64,000 nt of DNA from Daphnia carinata (taxonomy: Eukaryota), in the NCBI RefSeq assembly GCF_022539665.2, contig NC_081333.1, positions 10,354,001 to 10,418,000 of the forward strand, in the 5' to 3' direction. A model generated the notes under the pieces. It was not told where the DNA came from. It made no database searches and was given only the letters and a program-made list of their open reading frames with translations. Below, one piece after another: positions 39,801 through 52,660 of this stretch (within the stretch, counting starts at the first letter, position 1; each line of letters begins with the position of its first letter). Made by a program: the position numbers and the translations under genes.

Positions 39801-40401
39801 TTCGGCCGCAGCAGCTTCATCCTCCGCGGGCGGAACCTCTTCCGGCGGTGGATTCAATCCGCTGGCCGCTCTGCAAAAATTGTGCGACAAGACGGAAACT
39901 CACAGTCCGTCGTCCAGCGGCCGGCCGAATTCTTTGGGCGGCGCCGGGAGCAGCGCAGGCGGATCGAGCGCCAGTGGCGGCGGATCTGGCAGCTCTGCAG
40001 GCAGCACGGGAACGAATCCCGGGGCGATTTTGGCCTTCAGCTGGGCCTGCAACGACGCCGTCATGACGGACTCGATCATGAAGTGTGCCTTCTGTGATAC
40101 CCAGTTCATTTCCAAGGGCGCCTACCGACACCACCTGTCCAAGATGCACTTTGTCAAGGACGCCGCCGGCGGGAGCGCATCCGCTCCGACCCCGAAGGCC
40201 GCCTCGTCGAGCGGCTCTTCGTCAGTCGCCAACTCAGCCGCTGCTAAACACTCGTCGGCAAGCGGGAGCGCCAATGCCGCCTCCACTGCCGCCAGTCCCC
40301 AACCGCCTCCAGGAGCCAATAGTTTCGAAAACGAGAGCCCCCATTCCAAATTCCTCAAGTACACCGAGCTGGCCAAGCAGCTCTCCAGTAAATACGTTTG
40401 A
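36827..40401 (+). CDS. tsh/tio: Teashirt/Tiptop (TSHZ family) zinc-finger transcription factor, large terminal coding exon
   Basis: The 1196-codon ORF has GC-rich coding composition. It contains three widely spaced Tsh-type C2H2 fingers (CVWC..HMKESKH 37813-37881; CMWC..HMQQTQH 38248-38316; CKVC..HMVKNSH 38536-38604), the linker PRKLVRGQDVWLGKGAEQTRQILK, a CtBP-binding PLDLS (37465-37479), a C-terminal finger CAFC..HLSKMH (40084-40149) and the tail HSKFLKYTELAKQLSSKYV; stop TGA at 40399-40401. The ORF-track TTG 'start' at 36811 is intronic. The exon begins after acceptor TAG at 36824-36826 in phase 1. Confidence 0.96.
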
Positions 40402-41189
40402 TGGCCGCCTGTTTTTTTTTTCTTTCACCCGCCCACCCGTTTACCTATAAAAGAACAGACTACCATATTTTTTTTTTTGGTCTTCGCTAAATGCACCACC
40501 TGATGATTACACACACATACAAAAATGATGGGCAAAATGTTGGGTGACGTACCGTGACCGTGGGGGTACCTGCTGCCGCAACTGTGCAAATGCGCAAAAA
40601 AGGAAGAAAACACGTGCGCAAGAGAAAGTTTTCTTTTTTTTTTTTTTTTGCCCAGGAATTTTAAAGAGAAAATGATACATAAACAAAAACGACGTAAGAA
40701 ACAAAAAAAAAAACAAAGGCCCCAAAACCAGTAAAGCAAAATAAAAAAACGTAGAGCATCTTGTCATAGGTTTAGATCTCCCTTTTTATTTTTTTGGCCT
40801 TCCTATCCTACGTCATTACGTGTTACATTTTATACACGTAGTGAGGCCCTTTTGGCGCTTTTCGTGACTCACGTCTCATCACGTGCCTCTCTCGATTCCT
40901 CATCCATTAGAAATCTAAAGATTTGAAAACAAGCAAAAAAAAAAAAAAAAAGAAAACGGAAGATCAAACAAATTAAATAAACTGAGTAATTAAACACGAA
41001 ATGACGTACAAAAAAAATGTATCACGCTCATTGACCGGCTGTCGGTTGATTTGGGCGAAAGATCATCATGTCACACACACTCACACACACACACACCATA
41101 GCGCAAAGTATGGCGTTCTCATTCTTCTTGTTTTTCGTTTCATCTTCGTTTTTCTTTGCCTCCTTTGCTTATTTCGTTTATTGTAAAAA

Positions 41190-41220
<31 letters not shown>

Positions 41221-41547
41221 CGAAAAAGAACGTAACAAAAGGGTTGACGTCCATGTGAAGAGAAATATGATAGAGGAGAAGAGGAGGGCCCGACGAAGAA
41301 GGAGGAGGACTGGCGCGCTGGGTCTAATCGCATGCTGTCGGCCGGGTGATTTACACGCCGAGCGTCACTATAAATCCGGCCGACAAGTTATGAATGCCGC
41401 CGCGAGGTACTCTTCTTCGTCGTCGTCCGTCCTTACAGGCATCCTTCAATCTTCAAAGGGCCAAAGCAGCAAAACATTCTCTCTCTTTCGTGCCCTTCTC
41501 TTCTATATACCATTCTTCTTTCTTTTTTCTTTTTTTCTTTCGACTTA

Positions 41548-41585
<38 letters not shown>

Positions 41586-42636
41586 TTCACTCTATCTATC
41601 CCTTTATTTTTTTTTCTTTCTCTCTCCCGCACCGAAAGGCGAACGAGAAGCGCGAGGAGTACAGGGGAAGGTGAAATTAATCATAAATTTTCCGAGGCAA
41701 ATAAATAAGAAAAAAAGGGAAAAAATGTTCCTCTTTTTTTTCTCTTTTTTGCCTTGAAGATGATGATGATGAAAAAGAAAAAATGAAAGGTAATAAAGTT
41801 CAAAAAAAAGGAAGGAAAAAAAAGGGGCCTCGGCATGAAGTCCACGCCAACAAATCAAAGCGCGCTGGACGGGGCATCTCTTCTTTGATTTTTTGTTGTT
41901 TTTTTTTTTTGAAGGGGGGAGGGGGTTTGCTCCGGCTCGTTCGCCCAACCTAAAAAGCGCGCATACATATAAATATATACATATTACTACTACTACTATT
42001 ACTACCACTGCTATATATATAAATATATATATAAAGATATACATAATACCCCCTTTGGCTTGATTTGAGCCGGTCGGATTTTTTTGATGCCCAAGTCACG
42101 GCCGTTCGACGTACAGTAATTCGTTTTCGTGTTGTTGTTCTGTTTTCGGAGGGTTCTCTCTCGCTCGCTGACAGAAGGGCAATATTACTATTACCTACTA
42201 TTATTGCTGTATATTTTCATTGGTCTATACCCCTCGCGTTCTTGTTTCACCGTTTAAAACAAAAAGGTAAAAAAAAAAAAGAAAAGGAAAATGGTCCTGT
42301 CATTATGTCGAAAAATGATTCCACACAACAAACGGCTGCGAGCTGTTTGTGGTTGTATCATACACCCACTGTTCCATTTGTCATCTTTCGTTTGCCTCCC
42401 TCCTTCAACTGAAAATGTCGTTCCCTCTCTATCGCCTGCCAGATAGGAACAAGAGTAACGAAAGAGAAGAGGGAAAGAAATGAAAAATCATTTATATACA
42501 TATATATATATACATAACATAATACATGACGTGCACACAATCAATCGGTTTTGGAGAAATGTCTTTGTCTCCTATTGGACACCCCCACCCAATCTCGCTG
42601 GCTGTGTCTGGGCGTTTTTTTTTTTTTAATATTTTC

Positions 42637-42673
<37 letters not shown>

Positions 42674-44047
42674 AGCCCAATCGTTCGTTTGTCTATAAAA
42701 AAAAAATAATCTATTCCAATTGATTCTTCCTCTTTTGATTCTTTTGTCTCTTCTTCGTTCTCTCCATTTTGGTGTGCGCAATCATGATGATGAACTATGA
42801 CGTAATTCACCTGTGCGTGCGTGAACCCACCTGGCAACCACACACACACGAAAAAAAAGGAGGAAATTAATGATCCCGGTTCCTATATATATTATTATCT
42901 CTTTAATTTATCCGTGCGTGAGTGTCTACGTGTGTGTTACCGGACTGGCCACCTTCCTTTCGTTCTTGTCTCTAATGATTCTGATGATTCTTTTGCTCTT
43001 TCGTTTTTTTATTATTTGTAATTTTTTTTCGTGTGCCACTGGCTGCAAATCGTTTTTGGATTTTAATTTGTTTTTATCCTCCCCTCTTTTTGTTTCCCTT
43101 CGTTCGTTATATCGACTCTTTCTGGTGAAAAATTCCAATCTCTTTCAAATCAAATACGTACCGTACATTGAATCAATAATACGTGCAAAGATGTCTTTTG
43201 TCTCATTTTTCTCCCTCCCCCATCCTATGCCCCCCTACATATTACATTATCTCCCTATTGATCTATTATTATCTGAATTATCTGTTCCCTCCCGCTATAT
43301 TATCTCCCTTTTCTGTATTTTTTTTTTCTCTCTCTCTCGCTCTCTCTCTCTCTCAAAAAATGATCAGTATTCGTTGCTTGATTGGACATGTTGGATTTTT
43401 TTTTCAATGTTTTCTCTTATTTTTTCGGTTTATTTGCGCGCGCCATCTTGTTATTACACATGACTGAAAAAAAAAGAAAAGACTTGTTGCTTTATTCTAC
43501 TCACACGCAAACACGACAAATGTTTTTCCATATGAACGGATCCTAAATATTAACAACCGGCAATATGAAAACGAACCTGATCTCGTGACATTCTGATCAA
43601 ACTTGAATTGATCAAAACCAGAACAGCGAAGAAAACAAACTAAAGAGAAATCAGGTCCCTCAGCGAAAGAGCGACATTCACGAAAACAAAATTTTTAAAA
43701 ATTTTTTTTACATAGCTTGAAATTAAAATATTTTTCTTTATCTATTGATATTTGATTTCCCAACTTAATCCATCGAACAGGAACTTTTAAAAAATGCGTG
43801 CATGAAAAGTCCAACACGACAGCTGTCATTTCCTGATGGATACTTTGCGTATCGACTATTTCTATTGAATAAAAACATATAATTAACATAACAGGCATAT
43901 AGAAATCGATATAATTTGTTGGTAGAACTGGGGGAAAAAAAAATGTTCGTTCCTTTTCGTAGAGATTCTGATGTACCACCACCGCTGCGGGGTGATCTCA
44001 TTCGATTCGCCGCGGCCGAACGATATCACACAAGCGCCACGACTGGC

Positions 44048-44057
44048 CCATAAATCA
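44048..44057 (-). promoter_or_regulatory. Exd-Hox composite site TGATTTATGG
   Basis: + strand reads CCATAAATCA, an exact consensus Exd-Hox site. Motif match only. Confidence 0.35.
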
Positions 44058-45710
44058 CGTCATTCACAGTCGTGTACAGCCGCCCTGCCGTCGAAGGTTG
44101 GGTCCACGACGACGGGCCGTTGCGCGGCCGGTGACTTTTTTATTTTTATAATATGCGTATCTATACAATGGCTATGTGAAATTGTCGGAATGGGAATTGA
44201 AGGCGAGGACTCGAGGACGGATCATTGAGGCAAACTGTCGAGCTTTATATAAAAATGACGCAATCACCGTGTCCGTCTCCCATGCCCTCCCCGTCTCTCG
44301 CCTCACACGTCAGATAAATAAATAAAAAAAAAAAGAAAAAGAGAAGACGGCCCTTCTATGATGACAAGAGTCCGTTCGTTCGTCACCTCGCCTCGGGTTG
44401 TAATTAAATGCAAGCGCGACTTTATCGTGTCAGCAAAAAGGAGAGAGAAAGGTGGTGGCCGTCGGTATGCGCCACATCTCATTTACTTTCCTCTTCTTCT
44501 CTTTCATTTAATTCCCTTTTTTTTTCATTTCTTTCTGCTCTTAAAAAAAAAATCCGTTCGTCTGGCGTAACGCAAGAACAAAAGGTTCCGCATGTTTCTG
44601 CCCTGGTCTCTATCATTTTGATTATAAAAACGGCGTACATCTGGGCCATCAAAACGACAGCCATAAATACATCAGATAATATACAGCTTGTATAATATCC
44701 ACTCTATACATGTGTTTCAGAAACAGCTATCTACAGTTACGCACTAGAGCGGCGGGTATATACGTCTACATCGCTAACTAGACTATGAGCGCAGTTAGTG
44801 TATACATACACTGTACTTAACTGCAACTCCACAACGTAGGATTTGAAAAAATAAAAACCGCTTCATACCGTTTTTTTTTTTTTTCTTTCCCTATTTTGTT
44901 CTGCTAGTCCTCTTGCAAATGTCTATGAAGATTGAGACGGAAAGAAAAAGCAGGAGAAAGAGAGGCGTGGGGTCGGTTGGTTCAACCGGGCCACGAAAAC
45001 ACACTGCGTGACCCGAAAACAAGCGGAGAGAATGAACGAGAAAAAGAATGAAAAAAACAAAATAAGGAACAAGAGAAGGGAAAGAAATATTGCCTATGTG
45101 TATGGACATACAGACAATATTACAATATATACAACAGTATGTATATATGAACCGGTATATACCTGCACTGCTGCTGAGGCGGCGGCAGTGAGCTGACGTG
45201 ACGCCTTAGCTAATCATCTCGAGAGCAGCGGCAGCCATCAAATTCCACCTTCTACATTTTTCTTTCTTCCGTTTTATACGACCGTGGTGCGTATCTAACA
45301 ATTAAGCGGAGCTGAAGCTTGATTAACAAACGAAGGCCATCCATGTAACTTTGCTGGCTCCAGATGAAGCCAGACTGTCAGATTAACGAGAAACGCACTC
45401 AAAAAAAAGTACAGTATAAACTCGACTGGGTTAGTTAAGAGTTTTTTTTTTTTTTTTTTTTGCTTTTCTTTCTACAATACGTTAGCTATAATAGTAAGCC
45501 ACCAACCATCAAGGCTGTTTCATATGCATACTGTGTAGATTTAAATAAATAAAAAAAGAATTAAAACAAAAAAACTGAGGGGGGAATTTGGGACGTAGTT
45601 CGTTAGATGTTTTATTTTGGTTCATCATCTGTCGTGATCGTCTAGTGAAGAATCTGTCTCTTTCTTTTTCTCTCATCATTCATTATCGGATGGCCATCGG
45701 ACAAAAGACT

Positions 45711-45727
45711 TGATTGACAGCTCATTA
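45711..45727 (+). promoter_or_regulatory. Exd/Pbx-Hth/Meis composite site TGATTGACAG abutting a homeodomain site CTCATTA
   Basis: Exact match to the PBX-MEIS/PREP decamer at 45711-45720. Motif match only. Confidence 0.4.
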
Positions 45728-46666
45728 ACAAGAAACGTGGGAGCAAGCAACGCTGTGGCGACTAGCGTCTCGTGTCACCTGCCAACTTGTCTTGTTTTCG
45801 GATCAATCCAGTTGCTTGGCTCTCTTCGATGCAATCAACGTTCTCTCTTTTGATTTGATTTGATTTCCTTTCTTTTTTTCTCTCATTCCGTGTCAACCGA
45901 TGAACCGTGGTGAATAACTCGTGACCCCGTGATGGTGAACTGGTTTCGGCAATCTCGATTCTTGATTTATTTTCTCCTTGTTTCGAAGTTGCGTTCGTCT
46001 TTCTGAAGCCAACGCCTTCTCTTCATTCTTCTCCCCTTTCATTTTCAATCGAAAGCCATCAAACAGTTTGCCACACATCCGATCATCAGCACGAGATTTC
46101 ACGTTCTCTAAATAACAAATAGAACTTTTGAGGGGGGGGGGGGGGGGGCACCTTTTTTTTCCCCCATAACACTTGAGATGCGATTGCATTTTTTGTTGTT
46201 AGTTGGAACGGACTAGTGTTGAAACGCAACAGTCACATCATTTCTCTCTTACGAAGTCGGTTGGAAATCGAATCCACAAACAGGAAATCGAATGTTTCTT
46301 CTATCATTAAAAAAAAAATAAAACATTTTCACGTTAGGTATTTACCCTCTCCGTTAAGTCTTTCTTATCTCACATTCTTTTTCCTGTCCTTCTTTTAGGC
46401 CGTTTGATCACATTTTGTTGGAACAGTGCGCGATAGTCTGAGCGCCGTCCATAATAAATGGCCTAGTTGTCCATCACAGAGAACGCGGCCGCGGTCACAG
46501 ACTATGGCAGATTTAGATAACGAAGAAAATAAAAGTGAGAGGGTCGTTCTAAGATTCGAACACAAAAAAGGGGCCGCGCTATCGGGCGACATTTCCCCTC
46601 GCACAAGGAAAAAATAAAAAGCCGTCACTGGATGTCAGCAACGAATCAGTGGCAAACGAGGCCTCC

Positions 46667-46667
<1 letters not shown>

Positions 46668-46697
<30 letters not shown>
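46668..46697. repeat. C30 homopolymer
   Basis: Direct reading. The length may be affected by sequencing error. Confidence 0.85.
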
Positions 46698-46699
<2 letters not shown>

Positions 46700-49600
46700 G
46701 TTTATTTATTTTTATTCTGTCTAGAAGCGGTGAAAAAACATCAACGTTTACAACCTTGTTACTCACGCGGATCAAACGTCGCTGATAACGATTACGAATA
46801 TAAATATGTCAAGTCTAGCGCGCTGTATTTCTTCTCTTGCCTTTTCTCTCTCGTCTCAAAGTCTTTTATTGGACCGCTCATTACGTCCGGCACTTGTCCT
46901 GCGTCATCTGCATTTTCATTTTCTTTTTTTTTTTCTACATGCCACTCTATGACTTAGACCTCCGTGTTGAATCATGTTTATTATCGGTACGGGCTTTTTT
47001 TTTTTCAACACATCCGCCATACTTGTCGGAATCTTTTGAAAATAGGATGTCGAAACTTCGGAATGGGTTTTTTTTTCTCGTGTATGTCATGGTATAAAAA
47101 AGATTATTAATGGATTTTCGGTTCATGACAACATTGATTTTCCTTCTCTCCCACCCTTCCACCCCCAACGTCTTGATGGATTTGTTGTTGAATTTTTGCT
47201 GTCATCTCTCTTTTTCCTCGATGACCCGACTGAACGACGAAGCGCCGAGATGTAACAAGCGGGGCCATCTAGCGGATTCACGCAGTGGTCCCGTCGCTCC
47301 AGTAGAAATGGAAACATACGAAGACAGAAAAAGAAAAAAGGGGCAAATCGAAGAGAAAAATTAAACATTTCAGTCTGCATACCATTCTACTGGTTTTCTT
47401 TGTTTTGTTTTTTTTTTGTCAAATCCTCAAAAATGTAGATGTTGGTTTAATAGAGAAGGTGGTAGTGGGTACCGGCACCGGTCGGTGAAATGATTGAACA
47501 AAAAAAAAAATGAAAAAATCTCATCCATCATCACGACCGAATAGCTCCTCTCTTTGTGGATCAGATCGCATTCTACTCTAAAGTAGAAGACGGTACCTGG
47601 AGTCATTCGATCGTAGTATTAAGCAAAGGCACTTCATCCTTGAAGGGTTTCGCCTATCCGACGATCATATTTCCCCCCTTTCTCTATACCAGTCCTTTAG
47701 TTTTTTTCTGCTTAATCTTTCGTTTTTTTCATTTCTTTTTTTAAAGAAAAAGGAAAAGACATATTCGAAAATGAAATATCGGTACAATGGGTTTGAGTTC
47801 GTGTTAAACCCATCAACAAAAAAATATATAAAATAAAGGCGTCCGTCGAATTGAATCCAGGCGTCGCACACCTTCCTCCTCCACCCAATTCCACCTTCTT
47901 CTACTTCTCCAGACAATGGCGCATGCTTTTTTTTTTTCACACGCTTTGCCACTGCTGGGTATCTATGTTTCATTTCCTCCCACTTTTTGCCCTCCCCACC
48001 CTCCCTCTTCTTCTTATTTAGTCAGCGTTTGGCGTCGTGTTATTTTTAACACATTTGATAGACCGACCGGAACAAATGACGTTTTCACTTTCCATGGATG
48101 TGTAGGCAGACAGACGGGGAAAAGGTGTTTCATATTCTTTAGCGTCGAGTACTTAGTCCCCTTTTTTTATTTCATCTTTTTTTAGTGCCGTGCAAGTACA
48201 TAAGAGCAAATCGCGACCATAAACGTAATTTTCGCCCCTTTTTCTTTTTCTCGCCTACAAAAAAAAACAAAAAAAACAAAAACCTGAAACTTTCAATTTG
48301 TCAAGTAATGGACCGTTCTGGATTGTTACCAAAAAGAAAAATGGTAATAATAACAAAGCAATAACTCGGTGTGGTTGGACATTGTTTCCTTCCAACTTCT
48401 TTATGTGGGTTAATGTCTTTTCCCCCCAAGGCGAACGGTAGGCTTAAAGTCCTATCTTTTCTTTCCGTTTTCTTCATCGAGCCAGCAACTCACAGTGGCC
48501 GCAATTCAACGTGCATATTCTCTCGTCTACCATATTTCAAAAGTGATTATTATTATTAATTTTCTTTCCACCCAAGACATTCATCGAATTTTCGTACACA
48601 ATAACAAGAATTGGTATTCTCCATTTAGGGACGTTCAAAGTTTTGTTCACGCCAATTCAATCGGATAAAAATGACCTATGTGTCTATCTGCCCTTTTTTT
48701 TTTTTGAAAAATTGAAAAAGAATGTTAAAATAAAAATAAATTAAAAAAAAGAGCTTTTAATGCTCGTGTGGGCCGCAATGGGAAACGGCACAAAGTTGTT
48801 GTGTGCCCTGGTACGCAGCCATTATTAAAGTTATTGTCGGGGCACCGACAGGACGCGCTCATTACGGCGCTTAATTAATTTGGTGCCAATCTAACGACGA
48901 CACGCTCGTCGTAAAAAAAAAAAAAATAATAGAAATAAAATAGACGTACGGGAGAATGAATGCACAGGCATGGGAATAAGAAAGAGATTCAGAAAGAGCA
49001 ACACATGCAACGGATCCGTTGCTTCGTTCATTTTTCCTTAATACTTTTTCTTTTTCTTCTTCTTGCCTCTCTCTGTTATTGTTGGGTTTCTAACAAAAAT
49101 ATATATATATATATATTTCTCTCTCGTTCTTTGGCTCCACTCATCCGCATTAGGCCATTACACGACAGATCGCTAATAATCGTTAAAGGATTTGTATTAT
49201 CATCCGATGAGAACAACCTCACCCGTCACACAAGACCGCAAATTCAATTAAGCGACGACTCTTTTCCTGTCTCTGTGTGCTCGTTCCCCTTCATCGCATT
49301 GAATCGTTTTTATCGATACAAAAGAATTGAAAATGAGAACACAATTGAAAATAAGAAACAACGGAGAAAGAACTGCGCTACATCGTAGGTATATATATAT
49401 AGCACGTAGATATAGCACGTTTCTTTTATTGAGCTCTGATTAAATTTTGTGTATATATACATAAATAAACATACAGTACGTCTATCTATTTCTATATAAT
49501 AATACCATAGAATTGTGATGGACGGAGGAAAAGAAAAAAAATGATGCGGAGACAGCCGGTATACGAGAAAAGAGCCGCAAAAGCTAACGGCGGCTGCTCA

Positions 49601-52200
49601 CATCATTCGAATAACATATAGGATCCGGATATCTAATCGTGAAAAAGAAAAAAAAAGGAATAATATGCATCAGGACGCAACTATATATATAATAAAAGAA
49701 AAGAATGGATGCATAGATGGGTGGGTGTTTTTGGCTGAAAGGGAGACGACTACATCAGGATTTATGGGTTTGATAGTTTTTCGTGTGAAAACGAAAAAAA
49801 AAAAGAAAGGCCGAATGAGAACAAACGCAAAAGAAGAAGAGGTGAAAGGACATTTTTAGCAGGCAGGGCAAGGGGGTGGCCGAAAGAAAAAAAAAAAAAA
49901 AGGCGAGTCCATCCAATGCAGCGGTGAATGCCCCCCTCTCCTTTTCGTATATAAGAGCGGCTGAACAGCTCGGGCATAAACGCGCACCTCTCGACGCGGC
50001 AACTGACGAAATATGAGCGTCGTCGCGTCGATAACTTATGGCAAACGTCGGGGGGAGGGGGGCGACCGTAATAGAAGGATCGACACGAAACGAGAAAATG
50101 GAGAAGGGGATGAAAGTGAGAGAAAAGCATTGGAACACATATAATACACACACACACGCACAGGAAAATATATATCGAGTATAGAAAAAAAAAAAAAAAA
50201 AAGGGAACGAGCGAGCAAAAAAGAGAATGAGAGAGGGTTCTCTCCGGCTAGTTTATGGAATGGCGGCTCGGCGTCATGGGCGTCACCGTCATCGCTTTTG
50301 CCTGTGCACACACACACGTATCAGCAGCCTTAAGCGTAAATTTCTGTATATATATATATATATATATATAATATCCGTGTCGTCTTGCCGTCTTTCTTCT
50401 TTGAGGGGGAGAGTGGAGAGCAGCTGCTGCTGCTGCCTCCCTCATCACCCAAATGCCCTCTTTAACTCATCCAAAAACAGAATAGGCAATATCTCGGCGG
50501 ATGCCATTGATCCGATAAAGCATTCTTCACAGTGTACATAGGCTTCTCAGCTTTGATTAGGAGACTTCAGACGGACCATTACTTCTGGCAGCTTTTTTTT
50601 TTTTGAAATTTCAAAATCAAATCACGAGCTAAAAAAAAAAAAATGAAAGCCTGATAATCATTAAATCAAACTGAAAAAAGAATAAAGATAAATAACAATG
50701 AGAAAATCAGCAAAGATTTTTTTTTTTACGTGTATCCCGTAGGCTTTGGGCTTCGGTGTGTGTTATAATACACACCCCGTCGGCCATTTCCCCGAGAGAT
50801 TTCTGAACAGAGTTCGGACGGTGCCCCTAGAAACTGGAACATCAGACATCCATCACGGGGTGTAGTCCCTTTCTCTTTTTTTTTTTTTTTTTCAGCAGTG
50901 CGACATGGATATCACATCTTGCGGGTCTTTTCGTTAGGAGTTCCTAAGAAAAGAACAAAAAATATAAGCACATCACAGTCCACGCATCTTACACCTCTGG
51001 GTCTCTCCGAGGCTTCTTCTTCTTCTCCGCTGTTGTCATTGCTCGGACAGCTCTTTTCTCTCTTCTTCTTCTCTGATATCAGTCGCTGCCATACGGGGGG
51101 AAGAAAAAAAAAAACGAAGTGAACGAGAGATGCGCGCAAAGAGTCACGACGCCAGTCCATTAAGTGAGACACATCAGTAGCAGACTGACCCGACATCTAC
51201 TCTTTGTCTATATCTCTATTCCTTGCTTTCTTTTTTGGTATTTTTTTATTTATTTATTTACGAACACAACACGTCCCACTCTTGTTGTCCGTCGTTTCTT
51301 TTTCTCTCCTACCCGTCAACCAGCTATCCAACCGCAAAGCAAACAAAACAAAAATCTCCAGTCGAATAGAAAACAGCCGAATCGTGTTTTTCGATTGATT
51401 CGATTACATTTTGTCTTAACAGATGCTCTGTCTGTCCGTCCACGTGGTTTGTTGTTTTTTTCTTTTAGCCTTTTAAATGATTCAATCTCCGTCGACGAGA
51501 AATCCCTTCGCCCTGCCACTACGCAAATCGATCGCACCACGTCCATCCATCAATTTGAATAAACCCGTGAGGTCGTGATTGACCGTGTTGCAAGAGGGGC
51601 GTTGGCTTTTTATCCGCGCTCCATTACGCTTGACTTGACGAGAAAGACTATACACGTATGAGGTAGAATAATGGCATACATCAAGTTCGTTTGTTATAAC
51701 TTTGTGTGTATTATTTGAAATTTAACAATAAATAAAAAAAGAAAAAAGAGAAGACGAGAGTTGGTATTTGCAGCTGGTGCCATTTTAGGCCTCGGATCGA
51801 TTGTGTCCTTTTTTTTTTAGGGAGGGTTTGTGCCGATCACGTTTTAAAATTGTAACTTAATCAGGAAATATAGAGACACGTACCAAGGCGGGTGCTGAGG
51901 AGTTTTTAATCAAGGCAGATGGAGTCTCTGTGGGAGTTTGCAAATGCAGAGGACGAAGGGTAGGATAGCACAGGGCGATACTCTACTACATAACTAAAAC
52001 ACACATACACACAGTCTATGGAAAAAGGGGCAAACGGAGAGGGGGGGATTGAGCCACGTCAGAAAGCAAAAGATGGACGTGGGGGCCATATTTACGACAT
52101 TTGACGAGAGTGAGGGCGCCCGCACAGTCAAAACCCCACGCACATCGATAGAAGTGCCGTAGACTATGCCATTCGACTATAAGCTCCCGTACGTATATCG

Positions 52201-52234
<34 letters not shown>

Positions 52235-52627
52235 ATGGTAGCTCCGTATCATCAAACGACTCCGTCGAGGCATCATACATCACCTTTATGACGCCCATCT
52301 TCATTTTCATATTTCATATTTGCATTTCCCTCTCTCTGTCTTTTTTCTTTCTGATATTTATATACAATAGATGTCTATGTTCCATGTGCATGTATGTAAG
52401 AGGGGGAAAAAAAGGAGAGAGATACGTTTACATAATAGAAACCCACGCATGTAGGCAGTACTATACCAACTCGGCTAGCAACAGCAGGAAGCAAAAGACG
52501 TCTAGTTTATCCCTTGACGAAGGAACTACGACTTGTACAAGAGACACACACTCATCCAAATGAAACGAAACAAAAAAATGGTAAAAGAATTTTAGTTTAA
52601 AAAAAAATGAAACTCCACCCGTACGGC

Positions 52628-52660
52628 GTCGTAAATCAGAGAGTTTTAATGGCTAATTAG
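52628..52660 (-). promoter_or_regulatory. Exd/Pbx-posterior Hox site TGATTTACGAC plus adjacent TTAATGG and CTAATTAG homeodomain sites
   Basis: + strand reads GTCGTAAATCAGAGAGTTTTAATGGCTAATTAG. Motif match only. Confidence 0.4.

Noticed and set aside
36849..40450. Antisense and alternate-frame ORFs overlapping the tsh/tio exon
   Set aside because: Expected shadows of a GC-rich coding exon; no independent features.
40739..41710. AATAAA hexamers as the poly(A) signal
   Set aside because: There are several candidates embedded in A-runs and none can be chosen without 3'-end data.
43680..43970. AT-rich patch possibly a decayed transposon fragment (similar patch ~60360-60760)
   Set aside because: No terminal repeats, target-site duplication or second copy recognised.
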